Shown here: in pieces, positions 1 to 12,357 of the stretch
Layout of the letters: each line of letters begins with the position of its first letter
How positions within the stretch are numbered: position 1 is the first letter of the stretch
Source of the DNA: Sphyrna mokarran
Taxonomy: Eukaryota
Length of the DNA stretch: 64,000 bases
NCBI GenBank assembly: GCA_024679065.1
Contig: JAGIQG010000003.1
Span: forward strand, 98,518,001 to 98,582,000
Direction: 5' to 3'
Position numbers and translations under genes: made by a program
The notes under the pieces: generated by a model
Databases searched by the model: none
What the model was told of the DNA's origin: nothing
Seen by the model: only the letters and a program-made list of their open reading frames with translations

Positions 1-3000
1 TGCTGCCTGCATTTCAATCAACAGGCGAGGGTTAATCGTGCATCATGATCCCCAAGCCCTTTTTTGGGAGCTATCCAATTTACCCCTCCTGTGTTTTTCT
101 TGATAATGCTACATCTCATAATTTGGTCTGTTATAATTAGTGCCATGTAAGTATAGATATACTCTATGGAGCACATGCCAGTGTAAGATTCAGATGGGAT
201 GGGAAACATATGAAAAAAATTCAAGTGTTTAAAATGTAAAGATGTAAATAAAGGGTTATTATTACAAGTCTCATGAAGCCATTGCACAGCTGACAATTTA
301 CATTAGCCTAATGGGGAGTAACCTAGGGAAGGAAAGTAGACCTTTGACATGTATTTGAGGGAGGGAAGTGAGGTACAAGTTTATCTGGATATTTCAGTAT
401 TTCAACACTGATTATTGACCTGACAACGGAGCTGTGCAGGGACCTTTTTTGTATGCTTTCAATTGTAAGATGTAAACAAACTTGGTTGTATCCTGTGTTT
501 GATAATTGGGTGGGGAGTACAGTTTGGCAGCATGTTTGGTGCTTTTAAATTCTTTCCCTGACAATGGATCCTGTACATTTTATATCCTGGCTTTTCATTT
601 GTAAAGCTGTGGTTTGAGTTTTTCTGTAGACAAATATATTAAATGGAACCAGAACATCACAGTCAAATTTGGATGAGTACAGAATTGTTTAAAGGCATAT
701 AATCTAAGATACAATCCAAAGGCAAAAAGATGTTTAACCAGTGTAGCTAATACTATAATTGACTTTCCAGAATTGTTAGGCATGATTTAGATAACATCAT
801 CATAGTTTGTTATGAATTATGTTAGATTATGCATGTTAGATAATTTCCTTCCATTCATTGTAGTTGCGGCACTCCATTATCTTTCTATCAATCAGATAAT
901 TATTGTAGGAAATCTGTATAAAAGTTCTGTCTGTATCGTAGCCAGCATTGTGACTTATTGTGCTTGGGCATTTGTTCTGCTGTTTCTTTCCTTGTCCTGT
1001 CGCTGCCCCTCCCCCTAATAGACTCCTCACCTCTCTATTGATAAATGTGAATGTCATGTCCATCCATCCATTGAATTCTGCACTAGGTCAAGTTCTAACT
1101 AAAATTACAGCAATTACCTAGAAATTGGATTGCACGTGGATAGGGACATGTTCCAGTAGCATATACTACGCACAACTAAATAAGGTTGATGGTGAAATTT
1201 TATCTGTCAGTCTCATTAGGGGATGCTACTATTGAGTACCAACTTCAGCCCCAGAAGAACTTTGCCAGTCAGTGCTGGGAGACAGTGCTAAATGAACTGA
1301 CTGGAACTCCAGCTGAGGGCCTCAGATATTCCTGCAAGGTGGAAGGAAGGAAGGCAGTCAAGATTTGGGGAAGCATTGGCACACAATTTTATTGTGGAAT
1401 ACGTGGAGTATTCAGCTAATTATTTTACAAGGGATCTAAGTTTAAGAATAATACCTACCTTTTAGGATGGACAGTTTGGAAGTTAGGGGTAGGAGAGCAT
1501 AACCATCCATCAGATGCAAGTACTCTGTTGCCCACCCAATATTTAGAGATACATCATAAAGCTACCGACTAAGGCTGCGGGGATGGCCATTCAGTCTGCT
1601 GGGATGGTACTCAAACATGTCACCTTCCCTCTTGGAGATGGGAATGTCACTATTAAGCCAAAGGCTTTCTCTTTCATTACTTTAGATATACAATGCTATT
1701 ATCTGGAATACAGTTCACTGGATTTTAACTAGGTTTTTTTCAAAAGGTGTGGAAAGTATGTATTTGTATCCACAAATACAAAAACAGTATCTCACGATTC
1801 CTGCCCACATTGTTGAATGACATTATTTTTTCTTTAATAAAAAATATGATTTATTATAGATTTAAATTTAAAATAAAATTCAAGGCCATGCACAACATCA
1901 AACCTATGAACAAATTATCCTGAAAAAATAGGGTTGAATGGGAGAGTAATTGCCAACAATAGGGTTGAGGATCAATAATTTGCTTGATCTTACTACAGGA
2001 GAGACATGAATCTGAACTGACATTATTTACCATTTTTTCTGAAATGCTTCATGAAGAGTTTCTTTTGAAACTAAGCAAGTTAAGAGCTGTCCATGTGTGA
2101 CTGATTTCTAAATTTTGATTAGAGTATTTTTAAAATTAAATTTGTTTAAGATTTTTGTGTCTCTAAACTGTTACCAATATGAGAGATAAGAGCTTAAAGC
2201 TTTAGTTTATTTCTACTGGGAGTAGGAAGAAGAGAGTGTTGACTAATACAGTGACGTCTATTTTTTTTCTTGTTTTGACTCAATACCCAGAATTTTATTT
2301 GTAAGATATGGTTAAGTATGAAAGCTTCAGCAAATTTTCTGCTAATTGATCATCAGTTTATTATTGAATTTGCATGCGTATTTAATTTTCAGATCATACA
2401 TTGTTCCCACAAATGGCACAATTGAGTGCACTATTCTTCTACATGCGGGGGAATGTTGTCTTGTGGGTGTTGTTTTCGATAAGCTTGCTATAACTAATAG
2501 TTTTTAGTAAAGCTCTTTCTCATTAAATTGATTTACAATCTTGCTATTTTTGTCACAAATTTCTTGTTACGTTGAATGCATGAATCATTTTTTATACCAC
2601 AATGCATGAATCTTACGATTTTTAATGACTGCACAGTTTCTTTATGGAGATCACTACATTTCAGATCTGTATTTTGATTTCTTTACCCTTTACATATTTT
2701 TAACACCATTTTAATTGTTCAGATCAGAAGTGCAATTAAAGGATCTTGATGTTTGGACAAGAGTCATTTTACTTTGTTATGATTTGAGTATTGAAATTTT
2801 GAAATCGATTTTAGCTATTGCAAATTTCCATAATTTTTAGGTTTTAGGTCAGTCCAGCAAAGAGGAGAAACTGTACTCTTGTTACTTAAGAATTTGCTTT
2901 GGAACTCTTGATGGAGCTATACATGCTACCTCCTTGATTTGCTGACACACTGCTGCACCCACTTAATTCATTTTTGCTATTAGTTGCAGACTGGTGCACT

Positions 3001-3129
3001 ACACTGGTCAGTTTATTATTTCTAATACAGTAGAGCCATAGAATAATACAGCATGAAAGATGCCATTTGGTCCAATGTGCCTGTGCTGGTTCTTCGCGAA
3101 AACGGTCCAGCTAAATATGGAGAGGCAGC

Positions 3130-3395
3130 TACAGCAAGTAATTAAGAAAGTAAAGACCCACATTGCAAGAGGATTTGAGTTCAGAAGTAGTGATGTTTTA
3201 CTGCTGTTATGCAGGGTCTTGGTGAGACCATATCTGGAATATTGCATGCAGTTTTGCTCTCCGTACAGGGAGGACTATTTAGGAGTGAGATGAGAAAAAA
3301 TGTCTTCATGCAAAGGGTAGTGAATCGGTGGAATTCTCTACCACAAAAGGTTGTGGAGGCTAAGACACTGAATAAATGTAAGAAAGAAATAAAGC
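3130..3395 (+). mobile_element. CR1 LINE ORF2 3' fragments, decayed
   Basis: Translations LVRPYLEYCMQFCSPY and MRKNVFMQRVVNRWNSLPQKVVEAKTLN are typical CR1 C-terminal motifs; internally deleted. Confidence 0.85.
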
Positions 3396-3402
3396 GCTGA
3401 CC

Positions 3403-3510
3403 GTGCCGGCGGGATTTTCTGGTCCCACTGCAATAAATGGAGATTTGCCTGGGCACCAAATTCTTTGTCCTCACTACAGCAGCAGAGGGACGTGAATGGC
3501 CGGTAAGACC
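3403..3510. mobile_element. Short MITE-like repeat, fragment
   Basis: ggattttctggtcccactgcaataaatggagatttg core is shared in reverse orientation with 28995-29100 and 38866-39005. Confidence 0.6.
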
Positions 3511-4194
3511 ATTTGGCTTGTTGTGTTTGTGTTAGCTCCCTGCAAAAGTAGCTATGCTTGGCCTATTTGCCTGCCCATTCCCCATAATTCCACAGTTATT
3601 GTCATTCGAGGTGTTTATTATTTCCTTTTGCAAAACATGATTACATATGCCTCTACTACACTTTCAGGTAGTACATTCCAGATTTAACTACTTGCCATGT
3701 AAAATCAAATCTGTCCCATGTCACTCATGTTTTTTTCACTCATTTGAATTGGGTTTCCACTTGTTCTCATCTATTAACTGTTATGCGCAATGCTTGATAG
3801 GAAATTCCAGTTGGTGCAATGGAGCAGAATATCTACTGCTACGTATACCAGGGACTGAAATGGTAACACTTTACGCCACTGCCTGCTGAATTTATCCAAT
3901 ATCTCTACTTCCTCCACAGTTACTGCTCCATTGGCAGCATTCTTTTCTCCAATGAAAGCATATAAATGGTGCTCATTTCATATGTCAGCTGCACCCTCTG
4001 CCACTACAAAAAGATTTTTTTCAATCCCTGATTAGTTCCACTCTTCTTTTGACCAGCATTTGCATTTAGAATAAATTTTAGGTATTTTCTCTTGTCCAAG
4101 AATGCCCTGAAGTAATTTTTGTCCGGCTTTATGGTCAGCATTTCATATCCATATCAAACATCACCTCTAATTTCTCCAGCAAGGACTTCTGCCT

Positions 4195-4380
4195 AAGAGG
4201 AAACACAGTTTTTAAATATTTTTAAAACAGAGGTAAATAGATTTGTGATAAGTAAAAGATGAAGGATTGTTGAGGAGAGAGAAAGTGGAGTTGAGATTAC
4301 AATCAGATTAGCCATGATTTTATTGAGTGGGGGACCAAGTTCGAAGAGCCAAATGGCCTGCTCCTGCATATATTCATACT
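4195..4380 (+). mobile_element. CR1 3' end/3'UTR fragment
   Basis: gaggtaaatagattt...atcagattagccatgattttattgagtgg...aaatggcctgctcctgc tail; similar to 45545-45785. Confidence 0.7.
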
Positions 4381-5329
4381 TAATAAGTCCATAGTGGGAA
4401 GGCCTCTGGATGACTTTCATCTCCTGCTGCCAGTTGAGGCCCTTAAAGGGAAAATTAATGCCCAATTAAAGGTCTCTTCCAGCCACTGTTAGTATTTAAA
4501 GACATGCAAATCTGTGTTGGTTACTTGTGATCTCAATTTGGGCTGCGACAAGAATTGGGGCGGGTGGAGGGAGGGAGTGTGACAGCTTCTGAAAACTATT
4601 CCCTGTCCTTCTGCCAAACTTCACATCACCTTCCTCTGATGCCCATCTCAGGAAATTCTTCATGCCATCATTTCCTTGTGGTCTGGGTCATTCTGTGATC
4701 ATGGTTTTCTGATTAGTTTACTTCCTGAAGCAGCTCTCCCTCCCATTACAACACTGCTGAGAGTAATGCATGTCTCTAATTGGCCAGCAGTCCATGGCAG
4801 GCAGGACCTCCCATCCTCAGAAGGCCTGGTCCCACGGAAGGCCTACCTGTTAACTGCGTGATTGGCTGTGAATTTAGCAGGTCTTCCCTAAATGAGGTAA
4901 CGTGGGTCTCCTTCCTGGCTCTCCAGCCAAGACTCCTACTGCCTCCAAAAAATTCTCTTGAGTATAATGCTGCTCTGTACAAAAGTCAAAGCTAAAAAAT
5001 GGCTGAAGCAACAGCTAATGCCAGCTCCCACTATGTGAACACTTTGATGGCATCCAATTGCACATGATCAACAACTTTAACATTTACTTTATGCGAAAGA
5101 TTGGAACTCAGAGTATGCTCTGAATCAGAAAGTAGTTTGGCTGCCCAAATGTCATTCTTTATGATATTGTGAAAATTCTGTTCAACAATCTGAGACCAGT
5201 GCAATTTGGCTCATTTGGAGAGGTTGGGATCAGTCCTCATGCAAACTTTTGGTGGGACTGAGGGATATAAGCATGTGTATTGCATAATGTTGGGCTAGTA
5301 TCAGGAGCCAATTTGACAAGGAAACAGTG

Positions 5330-5900
5330 TGTCCTACTATCATTTATGCACAACAGCGGGGAAGGTCACTGGCAGTGATCCAATCCTGTGCAGTATTGTA
5401 GAAGAAAATCTAGATTGGTGACATTTACATTCCAGTCATGCTGTGTCACTCTAAAAGGTGTGAGAACTGAGCATTACAGTAGATTGATATGCATCTTGTG
5501 TAGAATGCTGAACACATTGACTACAGGACTTTGTCTTGCACTGTCTAATCAGCAGCTCTGAAGTCACAAAATTTGTGAAACTGATTTGGGTGGAGATGGC
5601 CAAACATGAGAAAAAGAATTATATGTTCTATGCTTAGGCAGGCTGATATCTCATATGAGGTGCCATTTGTTGGAGCATAGAACTCTGGGCGCTGCAAAGC
5701 CTTTTGATCTCACCTTCCTGAACGTCTATAAATGTTCTCCAAGCACGTTAAAGCTTGAAATGTTTGCTCCAAAACGTCCACAGTGTTAAGAGCAGCATTC
5801 AAAGAAAATGTTCCTCTCATGTAACTGTGATCAGCATTGCAGGTGCCACTGATATTGCCAGTGGCAGATTTAAATGCAGACAACCGTTGTTGCACGTCCT
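5330..5900 (-). mobile_element. Harbinger (HARBI1-like) DDE transposase relic
   Basis: Minus-strand SAFKSATGNISGT..HSYMR resembles the Harbinger SGSFQ.ATGDICGISQ...HRCI motif; degraded LQY...LHN-like segment near 5340-5400. Confidence 0.5.
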
Positions 5901-7499
5901 TGAAATTTTTTACTGAAACATCTGGGATAATTACAAATAAAGATATCCACCAGTGGATCCTTCAAATAGAAGAACATTTAAAGGCAGTACTCATGCAGAA
6001 CCAGTAGAGAAGTCCACAGCACACAAGGGGCAATCTCAGCAGCAAAGCACGTAAGACAATTGCCTGCCACTGCAGAATCCAATAAAATTAATTAAATAGC
6101 AATAATACTTCCATTTTATCTAAGTATGTTTAAATGTCTCAGAGCTCGTCGCATATTGGGTTACTGTTGTCGTGCAGGGAAACTTCTAATTCCTATTAAA
6201 ATTTGAATGCACCTTGCAGTTTTCTTGTGTCCAAAATAAAGAATTAAAAGGAACAATTCTGCTGATCTCCTTGGAGTGTCATCTTTTATCTTGTACCATT
6301 TTAACCGTAATATTTTGTATTGGAGCTGTCTTGAATGCACGCTACCTTAAGCAGTGAATAGCAATAATGATCAACATATTTTCCAAAACTTGGCTAAAAT
6401 AACCTAACAAAAAGCTTCAGTGAAAATGCAGCATAAATATCGCAAAAGAAATCTTCAATGGCTGTTCAAGAGTTGTTCTGTATATGATGCTTTCCTTGCT
6501 CCCATTCCAAATGAGTACACAATGGAATAAGAGTAAACATAGCACAAATACTTTTGAATTGTACTGGATATTTACTAAGTGTTTTTGATTACATCTGCAG
6601 ATTTGATGAGGCTTGTGTAGAAATTGAGCGCAGGCACTAAAACTGGAAAAGCATGGAACTGCAGGCCAGCAATAGCCAAAGAATGATGTCTGGAATAGCA
6701 ACCGAATACAGCAATCATTACATTATGACAAAAAAAATTAAAGATATCACTTCCATTCTAATAATATACCCTTCTTACATCATACTGGTGCTAATGTACT
6801 ACATCTACTGTCTGCTATATATCATGTCCTGTTCTCCCCTTTCCTGCTGCTATTGATGCTCTACAGGATTTTAAATTTTCCAACAGGAAAACAGACACAA
6901 TTGTGTCCATTTCCACCCCTGTGCTCCTTATACAGACGAAATGGTGATCAATTTATGATAAACGTTAATTGACTAAATACCTCACGTTTTTCAGCAAGGT
7001 GCAAGTCATTTCATGCAGGTGAGAATAAACAACAGCGCAGGTGTGGAATGTATCCATAACTAAAGGGGTGCAAAATCCTTCTACAATGCAGCAATGCTAC
7101 ACAAATATGGCATCTAAATACACAGGAGAATATAGTTTCAAATACACAGAGGCTACCAGATCACCTACGCGTGAGTGACTGACGTTAATAAAAAATGCTT
7201 TAGTTCCAGGTCCCTGGATCCCAGAGCTGTCAATCTGTTTGTAAAGAGATCTATTGTGTATATATATTTCCCAATTCCTTTTATTCCGCTGCTTTTCTAG
7301 GCAAGTGAGTGTTAGTAATCCATATTGCTGTAAAGTGAAGGACATGGATCATGGTCTTGTTTTTGGCTCCGGATAGATTACTAGTTTTTTTCACAGAAAT
7401 GGTGTACCTCTCCAAAGTTTGAGTGCTGAAAAATGTTTGGTGGCCAAATCTTTCTAGCTTCACAGTAATAGTTTGAGTGCTGATTACAAGAGAACCACT

Positions 7500-7588
7500 C
7501 ATGCTGGATTTTCCTGCCTTTCCCATGGGAAGATCTTCTGATGACTCTTCAACAATCCATCAATCCCCACTACCCCCTCCCCCCAACC

Positions 7589-7633
<45 letters not shown>

Positions 7634-7790
7634 AGAGTGGGTTTCCCATTGGCGGGATGGGTGAGCCATACAAAATGCCATAGATCTCAATGGGACCAGA
7701 AGATCTCGCCAACAGTCAATGCCAGGTTGCCTCCACCATCAGAAAACACATTGCATGATGGTGGCTTGGGGGGGGGGGGAATCAAAATTT
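7500..7790. mobile_element. MITE-like repeat containing an (AC)n tract
   Basis: Starts gctggattttcc; internal gggtttcc...ggaccagaagatctcgcc...gtcaatg motifs are shared with 18970-19180. Confidence 0.5.
7592..7633. repeat. (AC)n microsatellite
   Basis: About 20 AC units with one AT interruption. Confidence 0.97.
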
Positions 7791-7854
7791 ATTGTATCCA
7801 TGATGATTTTATTTATTGATTACACTAAGTGGAAGAAATATACATCTTATTAAA

Positions 7855-8152
7855 ATTTATTTATTAGTCACAGCTAGGCTTTCATTCACACTGCAGTGAA
7901 GGTACTGTGAAAATCCCCTAGTTGCCACATTTTGGCACCTGTTGGAGTACACTGAGGGAGAATTTAGCATGGCCAATTCCCCTAAACTGCACACTTTAGA
8001 CTATGGGAGGAAACCAGAGCACATGGAGAAAACCCATACAGACACAGGGAGAAGGTACAGACTCCACAGACAGTGATCCAAGCCGGGAATCAAACCTAGG
8101 TCCTTGGTACTGTGAGGTAGCAGCATCAACCACTGTGCCACTATGCTGCCCT
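7855..8152 (-). mobile_element. tRNA-derived V-SINE (HE1-like head and core, different tail)
   Basis: Reverse complement begins gggcagcatagtggcacagtggttgatgctgctacctcacag...ggtttgattccc (Pol III A/B boxes), then the V-core ggagtctgtaccttctccctgtgtctg..gggtttt; homologous to 62250-62585. Confidence 0.9.
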
Positions 8153-10884
8153 TATTATGAAAGTTATGCTACTAATTCACTGTTACAATTAGTATGATTC
8201 ATACATGTATATGTGTAGCAGCCATTACAACTTTCCAAGCTTCATTACAAGATAACCTGAAAGTGGTATTGGTTGGAAATGGACTTCGTCAGTTTAACAG
8301 AAAAGATTTGGAATATTGTCAACAATATCAAAGAAAGGTTGTTATGAAGCTACAAAATTGACAGGCAGCAAAAGATCACCAGTCTATTAAGCCTGCTCCA
8401 AATTGAGCTTGGCTGGAACAGCAGGGGTAATCAATTATTTTCTCCCCCTTCGCACACACCACCACAGCCGATCCCGGATCTCCGGCAGAGACAAAAAAAA
8501 CCCAGGACCAATAAGGAAAAACATACTTGGGAAATTTCTTTCCAAGCTCCGTAAGTGAGCAAAACCAGCCTAGGGGATTTTTTTCTCAATGCTGTATATT
8601 GTCCTTTTAAGCAGCTAACTCTTTCTGATTTTGAATTTCCTGTTTTAAAATTAGTATTGGTGTCAGCTAGACAAGTAGTAAGGTTGTGATGTAAATAGGG
8701 TAGAATTGACTTTGTACGATATTGTAAAAAAGATTATAGTGAATCTCAGCCATTTTCCATCTCTCCCTGCTTATGTATCCATTTCGGGAGAAATGCAGAG
8801 TAAGTTCTATTTGGACTATAGACCATTTTATACTATTGCACAGTCAAAATGTACTCTCAAATCCTCTCTATCTCTCAAATGCCAAATGTTGAGTAATTTT
8901 CTGGTATTAGATCAGTGCTGCCTCCAAACTTCAATCTACCTCAAGAGGTACAATCTCTCATCCAACCCCCATCCTTCTAAAATGCATGTTGCTTTTATCA
9001 GAATATTGTTTTTACCAGAGACAGTATCAAAACCATGCACAACTAACTGATGATTGCAGAATGAACGTGTTATTGATTGTTCCAATTAATAGAGGAACAG
9101 GTACATGTCAAGCCTTGATATACCTACCTCTCGTGACCTGGAATGGCTGAGCAATCTTATGTTCACTGATTGCTATCTTAAGGCAGAGAGAAGTTTTTTC
9201 ACTTGCTGAGAAAATATGGTTTCAATTCAAGTAAACCATGCTATTTACATTAAATAATCTTCTCATTAATGTCCCCTAAAGTTAGGCACATCTATCCTTT
9301 TCTTTACAAAGACCAACTAGACGGATGACAGAGAGAGCATTTTCCAGTAGATGTTCAGTGTAATCCAGAATCTTTAATGGAGGCTTACTACTTAGCTATT
9401 TATATGAGGCACAAAACTGCATAATGCCTTCCAATTAGAGTACTGAGCTTGAAAATTAAATCATGTAGAGAAGAATGAAAATGATTGATTTTGATGGCAA
9501 GCTACCAATTCTTGGTTTTCATTTTTAAGTTAGAAGCCATTACTTTCTGTAAAATAGCACTGATTACGTTTAGGTGTAAATACATGCAAAATATAACATT
9601 AAGAATTAAAATTAAATCAAAGTACGCTTCTAAGCTACAATATTAGGCCAGCAGCACTTTGAGCTATTTGAAATAGCTGAATTTAATGGTTTGAATCAGT
9701 CAAGTATTTTGATGTGCCGAAATACATAAAGATGATCATAAGATTAATTTGAATGAGGAGAACCACGTGGCTAATCAAGGCTAGTCTGTCCAGAATGATC
9801 CTACTACATCCTCTCCACTTCAACTTCCAGTCATTTTGGCAAATGATTCCAGGGCTTTTGATAATTTAGCTCCACCTTTCACTTGCGCACAATGCAAACA
9901 TTTTCATCATATTTACATCCGGCTTGAATGTACTATTAATTAGACATTATAATCATACTGAAGCATAAACAAAACAAAGAAAATCGGGCGGGGGAGTAAA
10001 AAAATTGCAAGTGTGAGTGGGTAAATCAAGCATTATAGTGCTTACCTTCGTGGAACAGCTTACCTTCTGATTGTCCATATCAATGCCAAGCAAGAAACAT
10101 GAGTTTTCAATGCAAATGCAAAATTTCTCAAAATTCCAGTTTCAAGGATATTTGTTGTATTTTTCATTTATGCTTTAATATAAGAAAATAACTATTTATG
10201 CTCTGTAATTTGTAATATTTAGCCTTCATTCAGTTGGCTTTTTACATTCCTGACTGACTTTGGACAGGATTTTTTTGTATAATTTCCACCATGCCGCATA
10301 GCACTTCAACTTGTATTTATATTATGGTATTATAACCTTATTATAAAGTGAGTAGATGTGGAAAATAATGCAACGAAACATAATACTATTAAATGCACTT
10401 CGCATTTTGTAACATTAAAACTGTGGCATGTGTCTTTAATTAAAATGGAAAAAAAACTGCACAGATTAGTTAACCAGTGTACATATTGATTTTTTTTTAA
10501 TCAGTTGCATAGCTTAAATCAATTAATGGTGGTGGAAGGGGGGAATGGAGAAATAGACTTTAAAAAGTAAAATTAATAAATATTAGTACATTACTGTATG
10601 ACCAATCAATACAAAGGTTTTGTGAAACTGAATGACGTATTGGGATACCAATATTCAAGTCAGATGCTGTTTGCTAAATTATAAATGCCTGTAATTAAAA
10701 TCCAGAGGCTGTTTCTATGAATGATTTAGTAAGTTATTTCATGTTTTGTCATGGCTGATTAACAACATTAAATTAACTTTTTCTTACTCAAGTCTTGACT
10801 TTTCCATTTACTTAAAGGGCCATTGTCAACAGGAATTCTGGCTTGCATATGAGTCATTCATGTTGCTACATAATAGTTTAATTA

Positions 10885-11580
10885 TTTTCAATTCGATCAT
10901 GGATTGTGGGCATTGCTGGCTAGGCTAACATTTATTGCCCATCCCTAATTGCCTTCAAGAAGATGATGAGCCACCGTCTTGAACTGCTGCAGCCCATAAG
11001 TTGTAGGTATACCAACAGTGCTACTGGGGAGGGAACACCAGGATTTTGACCCAGTGACAGTGATGGAACAGCGATAAAATTCCAATTCAGGATGGTCTGT
11101 GGCTTGGAAAAAAACTTGCACATGGTGCAACAATATCTGCTTCCCTTTTCCTTCTAGGTGGTAGAAGTCATAGGTTTGAAAAATGCTTGGTGATTTGCTG
11201 CAGTGCATCTTCTTGATAGTGCACATTGCTGCCACATGCATTGGTGGTGAAGGCAGTAAGTGGTTAAGTTGGTACATAGGTGCCAATTAACCAGGCCTTC
11301 TTGGCCTGATTGGTGTCAAACTTCTTGAATGCTATTCAAGCTGTACTCATCTAGACAAGTGGGGAATATTCCATCACAAAATCTATGCTTTATAGATGGT
11401 GGACAGTCTTTGGAATGCCATTGAATTCCTAACCTTTGTCATGCTCTTGTAGTTACAACATCTGTATAGCTGGTGCCATTTAGTTTCTGATCAATGGTAA
11501 CCCCCAAATGTCAGTAGTGGTGTACTCAGCAATGATAATACTGTAAGTGTCTTAGGGAGATGGTTAGACTCTCTTGTTAG
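10885..11580 (-). mobile_element. Non-LTR retrotransposon 3' part (CR1/L2 clade)
   Basis: Minus-strand GSKSWCSLPSSTVGIPTTYGLQQFKTVAHHLLEGN; homologous to 40960-41905, 46490-48190 and 50385-51305. Confidence 0.8.
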
Positions 11581-11744
11581 GAAGAGTTTAGTGAGTCATT
11601 CATATGTGTCATAAATAGGTTAAAAATAATAGTATACATTTTGATTTATTTAACAATATTCAGGAGTGTTATTACATAAATGTTATGATATTCTTCACTG
11701 GTCATTGTCACTTTCAGCTCAGACAACCTCCTGGAATGGAATAC

Positions 11745-11972
11745 GGGCAAAATACTGCAAATGCTGGAATCTGAAACAAAAACAGAAAATGCAGAGAAAC
11801 TCAGCAGGTCTGACAGCATCTTTGGAGAGAGAATAGAGCTAATGTGAGTCAGAAAGACCCTTTGTCAGAGCTGTGATGAAGGGTTATCCAGACTTGAAAC
11901 ATTGGTTCTATTCTCTCCCTACAGATGCTGTCAGACCTGCTGAGATTTTCCAGCCTTTTCTGTTTTTGCTTC
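11745..11972. mobile_element. Penelope-like element inverted terminal repeat remnant
   Basis: Arms aaaaacagaaaatgc..ctcagcaggtctgacagcatct and agatgctgtcagacctgctgag..ttttctgttttt are reverse complements; decayed TGATGAAGGG..GAAAC motif in the centre. Confidence 0.8.
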
Positions 11973-12200
11973 TCCAATAAGGTATATTTTATCCACAGCA
12001 ATGATCATTATATCTGTGTGAACACACTTGGAATCAGATAGGAAAGATTAGGTCAACTTTATATAGAAGGGCAACTATATTTCCAAGACAAAATTATTTT
12101 ATTTCCTTTAAAATGCAATGGTTCTTAAAATTGAATTATCCAGACTGTAATGTGATGTGAATCTCCTCTCTAATCCAGAATCTTTGCTGTTTTATTTCAG

Positions 12201-12357
12201 CAACAACAGCCACTAGCAGCACACCACTTAGCCCTTCAACAGCAGCTTCTCCAGGTGCAGCAGCTTCAACAACAGCACATCATGACTATGCAGCGTTGTG
12301 GCTTGCTCACAGTCCAGTCCGGACAGCCAGCTCTCTCACTGCAAACACTGGCACAAG
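12201..12357 (+). CDS. FOXP1: FoxP (FOXP1-like) internal coding exon, Q-rich region
   Basis: Acceptor ttttatttcag, donor AAG|gtaagc; 157 nt (phase 0 to 1). Translates [52 protein letters not shown](G), aligning with recalled human FOXP1 [51 protein letters not shown]. FoxP family is secure; paralog identity less so. Confidence 0.9.

Noticed and set aside
1-12200. Preceding FoxP exon (QEFYKKQQEQL-type)
   Set aside because: Not found by eye; probably upstream of the window.
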